Under the pieces are notes generated by a model. It did no database searches. It saw nothing but the letters and a program-made list of their open reading frames with translations, and was not told the DNA's origin. Shown in pieces: positions 1 through 13,116 of a DNA stretch of 64,000 nt (positions are counted from its first letter, which is position 1; the number at the start of each line of letters is the position of its first letter). This DNA comes from Eledone cirrhosa (lineage: Eukaryota), in contig OZ024760.1 in the NCBI GenBank assembly GCA_964016885.1, positions 6,634,001 through 6,698,000 of the forward strand. Direction: 5' to 3'. The position numbers were made by a program, and so were the translations under genes.

Positions 1-370
1 ATATTGCCAGTGTTGTTAGAACGGTGGGTAGAATTCTTTATAGTATGGATGGAATGAAGTGTCCTATACTATGGTGTTATATTGCCAGAGTTGTTAGAAC
101 GGTGGGTAGAATTCTTTATAGTATGTATGGAATGAAGTGTCCTATACTATGGTGTTATATTGCCAGAGTTGTTAGAACGGAGGGTAGAATTCTTTATAGT
201 ATGGATGGAATGAAGTGTCCTATACTATGGTGTTATATTGCCAGTGTTGTTAGAACGGTGGGTAGAATTCTTTATAGTATGGATGGAATGAAGTGTCCTA
301 TACTATGGTGTTATATTGCCAGTGTTGTTAGAACGATGGATGGAATGAACTGTCCTGTACTATGGTGTTA
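1..370. repeat. 78-bp minisatellite (~4.6 copies, runs off window start)
   Basis: atattgccag recurs at 1 and 79 and onward at the same period; explains the 26-aa periodic ORF 24..371; degenerate copies at ~670-820. Confidence 0.9.
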
Positions 371-821
371 ACCTGTTGACTGTCACATATATTTTACACA
401 GCCACAGTCGCTGTGCTGGGTTTTTTTCAGTAAAATGACTATTTTTTAAACATACATTTATTAACAACACATATCTGAATGATTGACAAACGTCACATCA
501 ATAAACTAGTAACCCCATCTAGCTTTGAAGTTATGAATTGTTGGAAAAGAGATCATAACTTTGAAGTTATGAACTTTTGGAAACGATTTCATAACTTTAA
601 AGTTATGCTCTGTTGGAAACGAGTTTGAACATGTGAGGACTAGTTATTTTGTCGACACTACTGAAGAGGTTAAATTGCCAGACTTGTTAGAATTCTTTAT
701 AGTATGGATGGAGGGAAGTGTCCTGTACTATGGTGTTAAATTGCCAGAGTTGTTAGAAGAGAGGATAGAATTCTTTGTAGTATGGATAGAGCGAGGTGTC
801 CTGTACTATGGTGTTAAATTG

Positions 822-2128
822 ATCTAACCTCTACAATCAGGTGTAATATAGTTTCCTTGGTCTAACCTCTACAATCAGGGGTAACATAGTTTCCTTGGTC
901 TAACCTCTACAATCAGGGGTAACATAGTTTCCTTGGTCTAACCTTTACAATCACTGGTAACATAGTTTCCTTGGTCTAACCTCTACAATCAGGGGTAATA
1001 TAGTTTCCTTGGTCTAACCTCTACAATCAGGGGTAACATAGTTTCCTTTGTCTAACCTCTACAATCACTGGTAACATAGTTTCCTTGGTCTAACCTCTAC
1101 AATCAGGGGTAACATAGTTTCCTTGGTCTAACCACTACAATCAGGGGTAACATAGTTTCCTTGGCCTAACCTCTACAATCAGGGGTAACATAGTTTCCTT
1201 GGTCTAACCTCTACAATCAGGAGTAACATAGTTTCCTTGGTCTAACCTCTTCAATTCAGTCGTAACATAGTTTCCTTGGTCTAACCTCTACAATCAGGGG
1301 TAACATAGTTTCCTTGGTCTAACCTCTACAATCATGGGTAACATAGTTTCCTTGGTCTAACCTCTACAATCAGGGGTAACATAGTTTCCTTGGTCTAACC
1401 TCTACAATCATGGGTAACATAGTTTCCTTGGTCTAACCTCTACAATCAGGGGTAACATAGTTTCCTTGGTCTAACCTTTACAATCACTGGTAACATAGTT
1501 TCCTTGGTCTAACCTCTACAATCAGGGGTAATATAGTTTCCTTGGTCTAACCTCTACAATCAGGGGTAACATAGTTTCCTTTGTCTAACCTCTACAATCA
1601 CTGGTAACATAGTTTCCTTGGTCTAACCTCTACAATCAGGGGTAACATAGTTTCCTTGGTCTAACCACTACAATCAGGGGTAACATAGTTTCCTTGGCCT
1701 AACCTCTACAATCAGGGGTAACATAGTTTCCTTGGTCTAACCTCTACAATCAGGAGTAACATAGTTTCCTTGGTCTAACCTCTTCAATTCAGTCGTAACA
1801 TAGTTTCCTTGGTCTAACCTCTACAATCAGGGGTAACATAGTTTCCTTGGTCTAACCTCTACAATCATGGGTAACATAGTTTCCTTGGTCTAACCTCTAC
1901 AATCAGGGGTAACATAGTTTCCTTGGTCTAACCTCTACAATCATGGGTAACATAGTTTCCTTGGTCTAACCTCTACAATCAGGGGTAACATAGTTTCCTT
2001 GGTCTAACCTCTACAATCAGGGGTAACATAGTTTCCTTGGTCTAACCTCTACAATCAGGGGTAACATAGTTTCCTTGGTCTAACTACTACAATCAGGGGT
2101 AACATAGTTTCCTTGGTCTAACTACTAC
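822..2128. repeat. 38-bp minisatellite (~34 copies) with 533-bp higher-order duplication
   Basis: unit tctaacctctacaatcaggggtaacatagtttccttgg; variant tcaattcagtcg at 1251 and 1784. Confidence 0.95.
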
Positions 2129-2622
2129 AGGGCTATTATTCTTAATTTCCATACATTTTTGTTGTTGTTGTTATTGTTACTAAACCCGGCCCCCTTCCCC
2201 TTATTCTTCCCCTGTGTCTGACTCACCTTTGGTCAGGCTGGTGAAATAGGGTTGGAACTGGTCATAGCTTAATTGGGCTGGGGTGTGGGGTGTTGGAGCT
2301 CACACTATGGAACATTTTTCAGCTGTTTTCATATTGATCTCTCTCTCTCTCTCTTGCTTTGTATATAAGTGTGTTTGTGTATATATGTATGTGTGTGTAT
2401 ATGTGTGTATGTATGTATGTATGTATGTATGTATGTATGTATGTATGTATGTATGTATGTATGTATGTGTTTGTGTATGTATGTAACCCATGCAAGCATA
2501 GAATAGCAGATGTAAAACATCAATGATGATGATGTATATATATGTATGTAGATGTGTGTGTATAAATGCATATATCACATCATATATATATATATATATG
2601 CATAAGCACACACACATATTTT

Positions 2623-2677
<55 letters not shown>

Positions 2678-2822
2678 GTGTATATATATATATTTATATG
2701 TATGTATATATATGTATATGTACGTATATATATGTATATGTATGTATATATATGTATATATATATGTATATATGTATATGTATGTATATATATGTGTATA
2801 TATGTATATATATGTATATATG

Positions 2823-2853
<31 letters not shown>

Positions 2854-2865
2854 GTGTATATATAT

Positions 2866-2899
<34 letters not shown>

Positions 2900-3581
2900 A
2901 TGTATATGTATATATGTATATGTATGTATGTATATGTGTATGTGTATATATGTATATATATGTACATGTATGTATATATATATGTATAGATGTATATGCA
3001 TATATATGTATACATATGTATATATATGTATATCTCTCTTCTCTCTCTCTCTCTTTCTCTCTCTCGCTCTCTCTCTCTTTCTCTCTCTCTCCCTTTCAAT
3101 AATATCCTCTGATTTTATCTCTAGCTACACTCCACTGACCTTTCCACTAGTTGGCCTTACAATATATGAATCAATGGTGGTTTGAAACAGGGAGGGAGGT
3201 ATGGTGTAGCGGATGGGGAAGCTAAATACTTTCCTTCTTTCTCTTTCTTCCCACCTTCCTTTCTTTCTCTCTCTTCCCACCTTCCTTTCTTTCTCTCTCT
3301 CTCTCTCAAATTTTCTTTCCGTTACTCTCTGTCCTCATTTCTCTCCCACTCCACCTTCTCTCCTACTCCACCTCTCTCTGTCTCTCTCTTCTCTCTCTCT
3401 CTTCTCTTTCTCTCCCACTCCACCTCTCTCTCTCTCTCTCTATCTCACTCTCTCTATCTCACTCTCTCTCTCTTTCTCTCTATTCTCTCTCTCTCCCACT
3501 CCACCTCTCTCTCTCCCCACCACCACCCCTCCACTCACTCTACAGCCACACCACCAACCTCACCACCACTCTACTCAGGGC

Positions 3582-3588
3582 TATAAAA
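3582..3588 (+). promoter_or_regulatory. candidate TATA box
   Basis: TATAAAA in a non-repetitive island ~220 bp upstream of a short ATG-initiated segment ending in a GT donor-like site. Confidence 0.25.
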
Positions 3589-3804
3589 CCATCCAGCTGG
3601 ATACTTTACTAAAACATTACTCAGAGTTTTCTGCTGTTTTTTTTTTCACCCTCTCCTCCTCATCACCCTCTCCTCTCATCACCCTCTCCTCCTCCTCACC
3701 CTCCTCCTCCTCCTCACCCTCTCCTCCTCCTCACCCTCTCCTCATAGTCCTTATCATGTCTTTGTCCTTTCCTGTCCAATCCTGCTTTAAATTCTCCTCA
3801 CTTT

Positions 3805-3837
3805 ATGATGAATGAGGAGCAAAGATGCTTATTAATG
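3805..3837 (+). CDS. candidate first coding exon ([11 protein letters not shown]), phase compatible with exon 38870-38917
   Basis: ATG at 3805, ends ATG|GTTGGT (phase 0); no homology recognised. Confidence 0.25.
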
Positions 3838-3932
3838 GTTGGTTGTATATATAGGCATATATATGTATATGTGTGTGTGTGTATACATATATATATGTGT
3901 GTATACATATGTGTGTGTGTGTGTGTGTATAC

Positions 3933-4041
<109 letters not shown>

Positions 4042-4047
4042 TATATG

Positions 4048-4090
<43 letters not shown>

Positions 4091-4092
<2 letters not shown>

Positions 4093-4405
4093 CATCATCA
4101 TCATTTTATGTCCACTTTTCCCTGCTTGCCAGGGTGGGACGGGAACTGATTCTGGCTTGATCTCTACAGCTGGATGCCCTTCCTAACACCAACCTCATTT
4201 ACAGTGAGTGCTGGGTGCTTTTTTTTTGCAGTGGAATGATAGGGACCCCGGTCCCTATCATCTCATTTCTACAGCTGAGTAAACTGGAGCAATGTGAAAT
4301 AAAGTGTCTTGCTCAAGGAAACAACACATCACCCGATCTGAGAATTGAACTCACAACCTTTTGATTGCAAGCCCAATGCTCTAACCACTGAGCCACGTGC
4401 CTCCA
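4091..4405 (-). mobile_element. tRNA-derived SINE family A (small internal deletion)
   Basis: reverse complement of 6545-6872, with (ATG)n tail. Confidence 0.88.
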
Positions 4406-4540
4406 TATATATATATATATAATATATATATGCATTAAATTATGAATATACTTGTATACACATTCATACATACAAATATACATATGGTATAGCTGTTAAA
4501 CAAGTAAATGAATAGAATATATATATTGTGTGTGTATATA

Positions 4541-4583
<43 letters not shown>

Positions 4584-4726
4584 TACAGACACATATACGC
4601 ACACATGTATATATGCTATAATTACACCTATCAAGCCTCTCCTTACACTTTCCTCTTTTGCTCTCTTTCTACCATCACAACCCCTCTCTATATATCTCTC
4701 TATCACTTTCTGCCCCCCCCCCTCTC

Positions 4727-4768
<42 letters not shown>

Positions 4769-4875
4769 TATAAGGAGAGATGTTGTGCTTAATAGGACCT
4801 GTCCCACCCTTGCAAGCGGGGAGGGGGGAGGCGTAAAATGATGATGATAGATATGTATATGTATATATATGTGTG

Positions 4876-4937
<62 letters not shown>

Positions 4938-4983
4938 TACACACATATATATACAAATACATATATATATATATACATATATA

Positions 4984-5058
<75 letters not shown>

Positions 5059-5062
5059 ATGT

Positions 5063-5100
<38 letters not shown>

Positions 5101-5500
5101 TTTACGTCCGCTTTTCCCTGCTTGCATATACACATATACACATACATATACATATACATACATACATATATATATATACATATATATATTTATATATATA
5201 TATATATATATCATTAGTAAATATGTTTTTCTCTATTCTAAACATTCCACACATCATATCAGTTGACTTAACTCCTTATTCTCCACCCCATCCCCACTCT
5301 CACCCCCCCCCCACTCTCTGTTCCCACCCCTTAGGATCAATACTGGGATGGAGAGGGTGTGTATATAACTATGATGTGTATCAGAACTGAAGAAAATCAG
5401 TTCTATATACACTAATTATACATACATGACTAATAGAGCAGCTACATGACTGATTGGAAATGAATATATATAATTATATATATATATATATATACACACC

Positions 5501-5557
<57 letters not shown>

Positions 5558-5646
5558 GAAAGGTATAGAAATATGTGTGTATATATATGTGCGCGTGTGT
5601 TTGTATGTGCATATATATATGTATATATATAAATATGAACATACAA

Positions 5647-5728
<82 letters not shown>

Positions 5729-5937
5729 TTGTATGTTCATATTTATATATATACATATATATATATATATACACATACAAACACACGCGTACATATATAT
5801 ACACACATGAACATATTCATATCATCATCATCATGTTGAGTTTCCTTGGACAACATATATATACATATATATATATATATTATGTATATATCTATATATA
5901 TACATATATATACATATATATATATTATGTATATATC

Positions 5938-5968
<31 letters not shown>

Positions 5969-5986
5969 TATGTATATATCTATATT

Positions 5987-6180
5987 AGGGCGGTGGATTG
6001 GCAGTATTGGTAGAGGGTCGGACGCCATGCTTTGACGCATAGAGTTACGGCCCTTGTCATTCTGAGTTCAAATCCCGCCGAGGTTAACTTTGCCTTTCAT
6101 CCTTACGGGGGTCGATAAAATAAAGTACCAGTAATGTACTGGGTAATTTGCTGGCCTTGTGCCTAAAGTAGAAACAGTTA
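5987..6180 (+). mobile_element. tRNA-derived SINE family B (possibly CORE-type)
   Basis: A-box-like tggcagtattgg, B box gagttcaaatccc, body ctttgcctttcatcctt...gataaaataaagtacc; more than 10 full or partial copies in the window. Confidence 0.88.
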
Positions 6181-6199
6181 TGTATATATATATCTAAAG

Positions 6200-6432
6200 C
6201 CTGTCTTAAACAAGAAAGCTCATTTGGCCAGTGCTTACCCCGGTTTCATGGCGTGAAGTGACTGAGAGTACAAGTCTCTCTCCCCCCCCCCCCCCCCCCG
6301 GACAGGACGCCAGTCCATCTCGAGGTTAAACCCCCAGCTATTGCTGGTACTCATTTTCAGCTGAGTATACTGGAGCCACGTGAAATGAAGTGTTTTGCTC
6401 AAGAACACAACACGTATCCCAGGAATCAAATC

Positions 6433-6435
<3 letters not shown>
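6200..6435 (-). mobile_element. SINE related to family A (5'-truncated)
   Basis: shares cagctgagta.actggagc...tgaaat.aagtgt.ttgctcaag block with family A but has a different 3' part. Confidence 0.65.
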
Positions 6436-6525
<90 letters not shown>

Positions 6526-6544
6526 CACACACACACACACACAT

Positions 6545-6872
6545 GGAGGCACATGGCTTAGTGGTTAGAGCATTGGTCTTGCAATCGAAAGGTTGTGAGT
6601 TCAATTCTCAGACCGGGTGATGTGTTGTTTCCTTGAGCAAGACACTTTATTTCACATTGCTCCAGTTTACTCAGCTGTAGAAATGAGATGATAGGGACTG
6701 GGGTCCCTATCATTCCACTGCAAAGTGGTTGTGGAGGTGCCACAACAAAAAAGCACCCAGCACTCACTGTAAATGAGGTTGGTGTTAGGAAGGGCATCCA
6801 GCTGTAGAAATCAAGCCAGAATCAGTTCCCGTCCGACCCTTGCAAGCAGGGAAAAAGCGGACGTAAAATGAA
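6545..6872 (+). mobile_element. tRNA-derived SINE family A, full length
   Basis: A box tggcttagtgg, B box gagttcaattc, 3' end ggacgtaaaatga; near-identical copies elsewhere in the window. Confidence 0.92.
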
Positions 6873-6874
6873 AT

Positions 6875-7195
6875 TAATATAATATAATATAAATAATATA
6901 ATATAATATAATATAAATAATATAATATAATATAATATAAATAATATAATATAATATAATATAATATAATATAATATAAATAATATAATATAATATAATA
7001 TAAATAATATAATATAATATAATATAATATAATATAATATGTAATATAATATAATATAATATAATATAATATAAATAATATAATATAATATAATATAAAT
7101 AATATAATATAATATAATATAATATAATATAATATAATATAATATGTAATATAATATAATATAATATAATATAATATAATATAATATAATATATA
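6875..7195. repeat. (AATAT)n microsatellite
   Basis: direct reading. Confidence 0.95.
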
Positions 7196-7320
7196 TTTTT
7201 CCGACCTTCTCTGATTTTTTCCTCATTGCCTTGTCCCTATTTTGATTCACTTCCCCTGTCCCGTCCTTTCATGTTTTTTCTGTTAACTCCCTTCCTCACT
7301 CCTTCTTGGAGTTCCCCCTA

Positions 7321-7360
7321 CTCTCCTGATGAAGGACTTATGTCCAAAACGTTGTAACCT
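7321..7360 (+). ncRNA. degenerate minimal hammerhead ribozyme motif (family HH-D)
   Basis: CTGATGA a GGAC-ttat-GTCC AAAA(for GAAA) CGTT; homologous to the intact core at 41863-41896. Confidence 0.55.
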
Positions 7361-7886
7361 CTCCCATTCTCACCAATCGCGAAGCATATGTACCATTGAC
7401 CCCTGCTTTTGTTTGTCATTTTGAACTATATATATATATATATATATATATATCAAATTAAAAAATGGAGTTAAAACCTTGTATTAATCCCCTGTAATTT
7501 AATGAGCTCAAGGTATAGATACCAGGCTCTTCATAATACAGTATATAGAGAAGAAAACAAAGAGATATGTTTTCAATTACAGGGGGTAGAGAACCACTAG
7601 AGTGAAAAGGAAAGTCTACAAAAGGAGTGGAAAATACATAATAATTCAAAGAGTAAATCAAAATGCACAGACCAACCTTTTATATACATATACTTATACT
7701 TATATACATATACATATACTTATATACATAAGAAAATTAATAAAGAGAGGTCAAAACAACAAACGGAAACAAAATGAAACGAAAAACAATTTTTTAAGTA
7801 AAACATTAAAGATTTATTTTTTTAAAAATATAATTACGAGATAACTAAAAAAATATAGTTAACGTTCTACATGACTGTATACAATA

Positions 7887-8068
7887 AATGTAATCTGAGT
7901 TTTTCGAATATCAATAATAATATTCGATTCGTTTGCAATTATGCAAACAAGCCTCTTTTAAGCCATGTCAGTAGAATGAGCCTCTCATTCTTGCTTAAAA
8001 GAGGCTGTTTGCATAATTGCAAACAAATCAAATATTATTATTGATATTCGAAAAACTCAGATTACATT
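7887..8068. repeat. ~180-bp imperfect palindrome ending near (TA)n
   Basis: aatgtaatctgagtttttcgaatatc... / ...gatattcgaaaaactcagattacatt. Confidence 0.9.
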
Positions 8069-8075
8069 AATTACA

Positions 8076-8108
<33 letters not shown>

Positions 8109-8174
8109 TAGATAGATATATATAGAATAATGAAATACAAAGTAGTTCAGATGTTAAAATTCCTTTATGGAAAG

Positions 8175-8252
8175 GTTGTTATATATATTTCGATGACAGC
8201 AGAGGCCATGTAATGCTGTGTTAAATCCCATGCCATGATCTCATCAGACAGC
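8175..8252 (-). ncRNA. type I hammerhead ribozyme motif
   Basis: minus strand tgt CTGATGA GAT..ATC GAAA tatata TA aca; 3-bp stem I, self-complementary (AU)n stem III. Confidence 0.7.
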
Positions 8253-8353
8253 TTCTTACATAATAAGGTTACTTATATTAGGCAATCCAAGTTCGAAGTG
8301 ACAAGGGAACGGACAAACATAATGCTTTTGAAGCAATCGTCCATTCCCCTATC

Positions 8354-8409
<56 letters not shown>

Positions 8410-8580
8410 TAAAATAACAGATTAAAGTTTAAGCAAAGAATCGCTGCTTTCACCCTTAACGGGATCTTCTGAAACTAACCGTTATTTTAATAAATATTTG
8501 CTCTACGGTTCTTATATATTTGATATATATTTATCCTTATCGAGCCCTCTTTAGATTTTAGTCTTCAAATTTATTATTAT

Positions 8581-8650
<70 letters not shown>

Positions 8651-8719
8651 AAGTTTCCGTTGAAAATTGAAAAAGTCATAGGAGTGAAGAGTGCTCTATG
8701 TAAGTACCAGAGCAAAATT

Positions 8720-8946
8720 TAATGTATAATAAACAATACAATATAATTACCTCATTACCAGAGGCTTCCCGAATAAGACGAATACGAAAAATGTCCTCAT
8801 TCTTTCGTCGGACAAGGCAATTTAAAACATAGTCTATGTTTTAAATTGCCTTGTCCGACAAACGAATGAGGACGTTTTTCGTATTCGTCTTATTCGGGAA
8901 GCCTCTGGTAATGAGGTATTTATATTGTATTGTTTATTATACATTA
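8720..8946. mobile_element. 227-bp palindromic element with a variant hammerhead in each arm (family HH-B)
   Basis: arms meet at 8833 with a few mismatches; plus arm ccttgt CCGACAA (CCGACGA in left arm) ... GAAG cc-tct-gg TA atgagg; homologous to 40758-40991. Confidence 0.75.
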
Positions 8947-9163
8947 TATATATATATATAATTAGAAAGTGAGGTTTTTTTACAAAATGAAAAAAAAAGA
9001 GCTGTCCCACACGAGTGAAAGTATAAGGAAAAAAGATGGAATCGAAAATGCAACTGGAGTCTTTTTTTTTTTTAAATATATTTATTTGGTTCCTTTGCCG
9101 GTTTCACAGTTCTTGTGCTTTTCAAAATTAGAATTGCGATGGAGGGTTTGTGGTTTTTCTCGC

Positions 9164-9213
<50 letters not shown>

Positions 9214-9278
9214 AGATCAAAAGATGGTTAAAAGAGTTCCAAGTATTTTATTATGCGCATTTCAATATACATATATTT

Positions 9279-9324
<46 letters not shown>

Positions 9325-9454
9325 AAAGTTATATTTAAAATTGTTGGGTTACAACTAGTAAATATTTATAACTGGTATAAAAGCACTCGACAAATATTTG
9401 GAGTATATTTACAATATTAAATAAATGGAAAACTATATTTATAAAACCATATTT

Positions 9455-9518
9455 ATTTCATTATATATATTTCGGGGATATCATATTAACAATATGCTAT
9501 GCCTTCATCAGACAAAAT
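9455..9518 (-). ncRNA. type I hammerhead ribozyme (left arm)
   Basis: reverse complement of 9615-9678. Confidence 0.8.
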
Positions 9519-9614
9519 ACAATATAAACAGTTTTATAGAGTAAACCTCTTCAAATGAAGTCGGTGTTATAACGGTATGTCGAACCTATTTGTCTATAAA
9601 ACTGTTTATATTGT

Positions 9615-9678
9615 ATTTTGTCTGATGAAGGCATAGCATATTGTTAATATGATATCCCCGAAATATATATAATGAAAT
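9615..9678 (+). ncRNA. type I hammerhead ribozyme (right arm)
   Basis: attttgt CTGATGA a gg..catatt-gtt-aatatg..cc GAAA tatata TA atgaaat; 7-bp stem I with two G-U pairs; predicted cleavage after 9671. Confidence 0.8.
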
Positions 9679-9721
9679 AAATATGGTTTTATAAATATAG
9701 TTTTCCATTTATTTAATATTA

Positions 9722-9757
<36 letters not shown>

Positions 9758-9758
9758 A

Positions 9759-9839
<81 letters not shown>

Positions 9840-10077
9840 AGGTGACTCAAAGGGTTTGAGTCAGAATAGATATATGACTGTAAAATATTGCCTCAGAAAA
9901 TCCTTTTCAATCTATGCCAACATGGACAATGGACATAAATACCATCATCATCATCACCATCACCATGGTGATGGTGGTGGTGGTGGTGTATGTTTGTGTG
10001 TGTGTGCGCACATGTAGGTATCTACATATATATAGATAGATGTGTATATGTGTGTGTGAGAGTGTGTGCATTTGTCA

Positions 10078-10108
<31 letters not shown>

Positions 10109-10201
10109 TATTTGTGTTTATATGCATATATATGTGCTCGTGTACATGTTTCTGTATGTACGTGTATACATGTATCTATATATACATACTGTATATTAAT
10201 T

Positions 10202-10253
<52 letters not shown>

Positions 10254-10317
10254 AAGATTTATATATATATATATGTGTATATATATATAAATATTTATAT
10301 ATATATATACAAAGATT

Positions 10318-10355
<38 letters not shown>

Positions 10356-10421
10356 CAAAGATTTATATATATATATATGTGTATATATATATAAATATTT
10401 ATATATATATATACAAAGATT

Positions 10422-10462
<41 letters not shown>

Positions 10463-10537
10463 AAAGATTTATATATATATATATGTGTATATATATATAA
10501 ATATTTATATATATATACAAAGATTTATATATATATA

Positions 10538-10568
<31 letters not shown>

Positions 10569-10572
<4 letters not shown>

Positions 10573-10722
10573 CAAAGAGGGTGTGGTAAGATACCAGGTG
10601 GACCATAACGCACCAGAGTACTCAATACTGAGGGTAGTAGAGTGGGTAATACGAAAGGCCACTGGTTGCTTAGTTCGAATCTAGTTGCCGAAATGGCCGG
10701 AGCTCAGCCATCGGGGTCCTGT
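10569..10722. mobile_element. HH-C element: inverted 3' end joined to hammerhead 3' half
   Basis: left part matches 14645-14725; right part GAAA tggc..gcca TC gggg covaries with GAAA cggc..gccg TC gggg at 54537. Confidence 0.65.
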
Positions 10723-10727
10723 GTATG

Positions 10728-10758
<31 letters not shown>

Positions 10759-11050
10759 GTTTATATGGTGAAGGCGTGTGGCTGAGTGGTTAGAGAATTG
10801 GATTCGCAATCGTAAGGTTGTGAGTTCGATTCCTGGAGCAGGCGATGCGTTATGTCCTTGAGCAAGACACTTTATTTCACGTTGCTCCTTCTACCTGAAG
10901 TTGCGACCGATAGATAGTATTAGCAATTGGAAAGACCAACGGAAACATTGTTGCCTCGGTCCGATTTGACGAAAGTTGATCGTTCCTATATGTTTATATA
11001 TATATATACATATATATATATATGTACAATAAATAAAGGACACACCCCAT

Positions 11051-11083
<33 letters not shown>

Positions 11084-12077
11084 GTATATATATATGTATA
11101 TATATATATGTATATATGTATATATATATTAAATTTTGCTCTGATACTTACATAGAGCACTCTTCATTTCTATGACCTTTTCTGTTTCCAACGGAAATTT
11201 CAATACATATATATATATATGTATATATATACACAGTTCAAGACTAACCAATCTTAAAAAGAGAAATGGAGATAGGAGAGGAGAAGAGAGATTGGTGAAT
11301 TAGTTGGAAGCCAAAGTGTAAAGGCATGTGCTCAATGTGCAATATGCAGTGGAAGGCAGCTAGGTGGCTGGTTTCATGCAGAGGTTAGGTGCACAGAGCT
11401 GGAAATATTCATTAGTTAAGCAAAACAAGACCACAAACTTCACAAGGAAGACATTATTAAAAGATTGTCAACATAGTTTTAGTTTAATGTAAGGAATGTA
11501 AAGAATAATAATAATAATGATTTCTTTATTGGCCACAAGGGCTGACATCAAGAAAAAACATTACAGACGGTACAGGACGGTACGATGTGGGTTTTGTGCG
11601 TGTAAAGATTTTTATTATTTATATAAGAAAAGAAAAAGAAAAAAGACATAGAAACATATATATATATATATAAACAATAAAAATGAAAATTGAATAATAA
11701 TAATAATAATAATACTATCTGCCCTTGGCAGACAATAAATAGACCCAGGACACCATAGTCAAATACCAATATATGGAACATTACATTCATGTAATCATCT
11801 TTCTTTACCTTAATTTATATTCCTTTTGAAGTTCTGATGAACTGCATCCAGCTGTAGAAATCAAGCCAGAATCAGTTCCCGTCCCACCCTTGCAAGCAGG
11901 GAAAAGCGGACATAAAATGATGATGATGATGATGATGATGACCCTCTCCAAATATAACAATAGATATATATTTAGTGATCGTAATGTCCAGCTACTGTAG
12001 GTTCACAAGAGTGAGTACTTGATGCGTAGTTTCCAGTAGGTATATTGGTGTTGTACTAAGCAGAGTGTAATACTAAT

Positions 12078-12270
12078 AACAATTGTTTCTACTTTTGGCA
12101 CAAGGCCAGCAATTATCCCAGTGCATTACTGGTACTTTATTTTATCGACCCCCTTAAGGATGACAGGCAAAGTCAACCTCGGCGGGATTTGAACTCAGAT
12201 CGTAAAGGGACGTAACTATGCTGGAAAGCATGGCGTCCGACCCTCTACCGATACTGCCAATCCACCGCCC
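12078..12270 (-). mobile_element. SINE family B
   Basis: reverse complement of 5987-6180. Confidence 0.88.
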
Positions 12271-13059
12271 TGAACCAGATCAATAATGATCAATAATCAT
12301 TTGATCCAGAAACATTATATGGAGTAGTGAAACAATTGTAAACGGACATTATTAGTCTCGCCGACGTCGTGTCTTGCAGACAAGGTCGAACGCAAGCCCG
12401 GTCTGGTAGCAGGACAGCACAGTTTATGTCTGCCAAGTAAGCGGGGTGTTTGACTCCGGCTGTCAAGAAAGTTCCCGGTCCCTACAGGTTAACTTTGCTT
12501 TGCCTTTCATCCTTACGGGGTCGATAAAATAAAGTACCAGTAATGCACTGGGTAATTGCTGGCCTTGTGCCTAAAGTAGAAACAATTATTAGTATTATTA
12601 TTATTATTATTATTATTCTTTACATTCCTTACATTAAACTAAAACTATGTTGACAATCTTTTAATAATGTCTTCCCTGTGAAATTTGTGGTCTTGTTTTG
12701 CTTAACTAATGAATATATATATATATATATATGTGTGTATATATATGTATATATATGTACATATGTATATATATATGTATATGTATATATATGTATGTAT
12801 ATATGTATATATATGTATATGTATATATATATATGTATATATATGTATATATATGTATATATATGTATATATATGTATGTATATATATATATATATGTAT
12901 ATATATGTATATATGTATATATATATGTATATATATGTATATATGTATATATATGTATGTATATATATATATGTATATATGTATGTATATATATATGTAT
13001 ATATATGTATATATGTATATATGTATATATATATGTATATATATATGTATATATATGTA

Positions 13060-13116
<57 letters not shown>

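Larger units (their letters stand above)
9323..9720. mobile_element. (TA)n-embedded hammerhead element HH-A with 128-bp inverted arms
   Basis: arms 9413-9540 and 9593-9720, spacer 52 bp; homologous to 15932-16209, 30340-30480, 36471-36760. Confidence 0.85.

Noticed and set aside
2221-2336. Minus-strand exon ending aag|gtgagt at 2227
   Set aside because: All three frames from the nearest ccatag acceptor contain stops and no homology is recognised; a non-coding exon is not excluded
6545-6615. tRNA gene
   Set aside because: A and B boxes are present but continue into a 320-bp multicopy body with a tail; it is a SINE head
7887-8068. Ribozyme within this palindrome
   Set aside because: A stem II-like hairpin is present but the CUGANGA and GAAA words are too degenerate to call
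8405-8495. Hammerhead-like cagaaga..gaaa on the minus strand within a short inverted repeat
   Set aside because: Several core and cleavage-site mismatches; a decayed relic is possible but not supportable
10890-10960. ctgaagt...gaaacattgtt hammerhead candidate
   Set aside because: Core lacks A9 and there is no stem I
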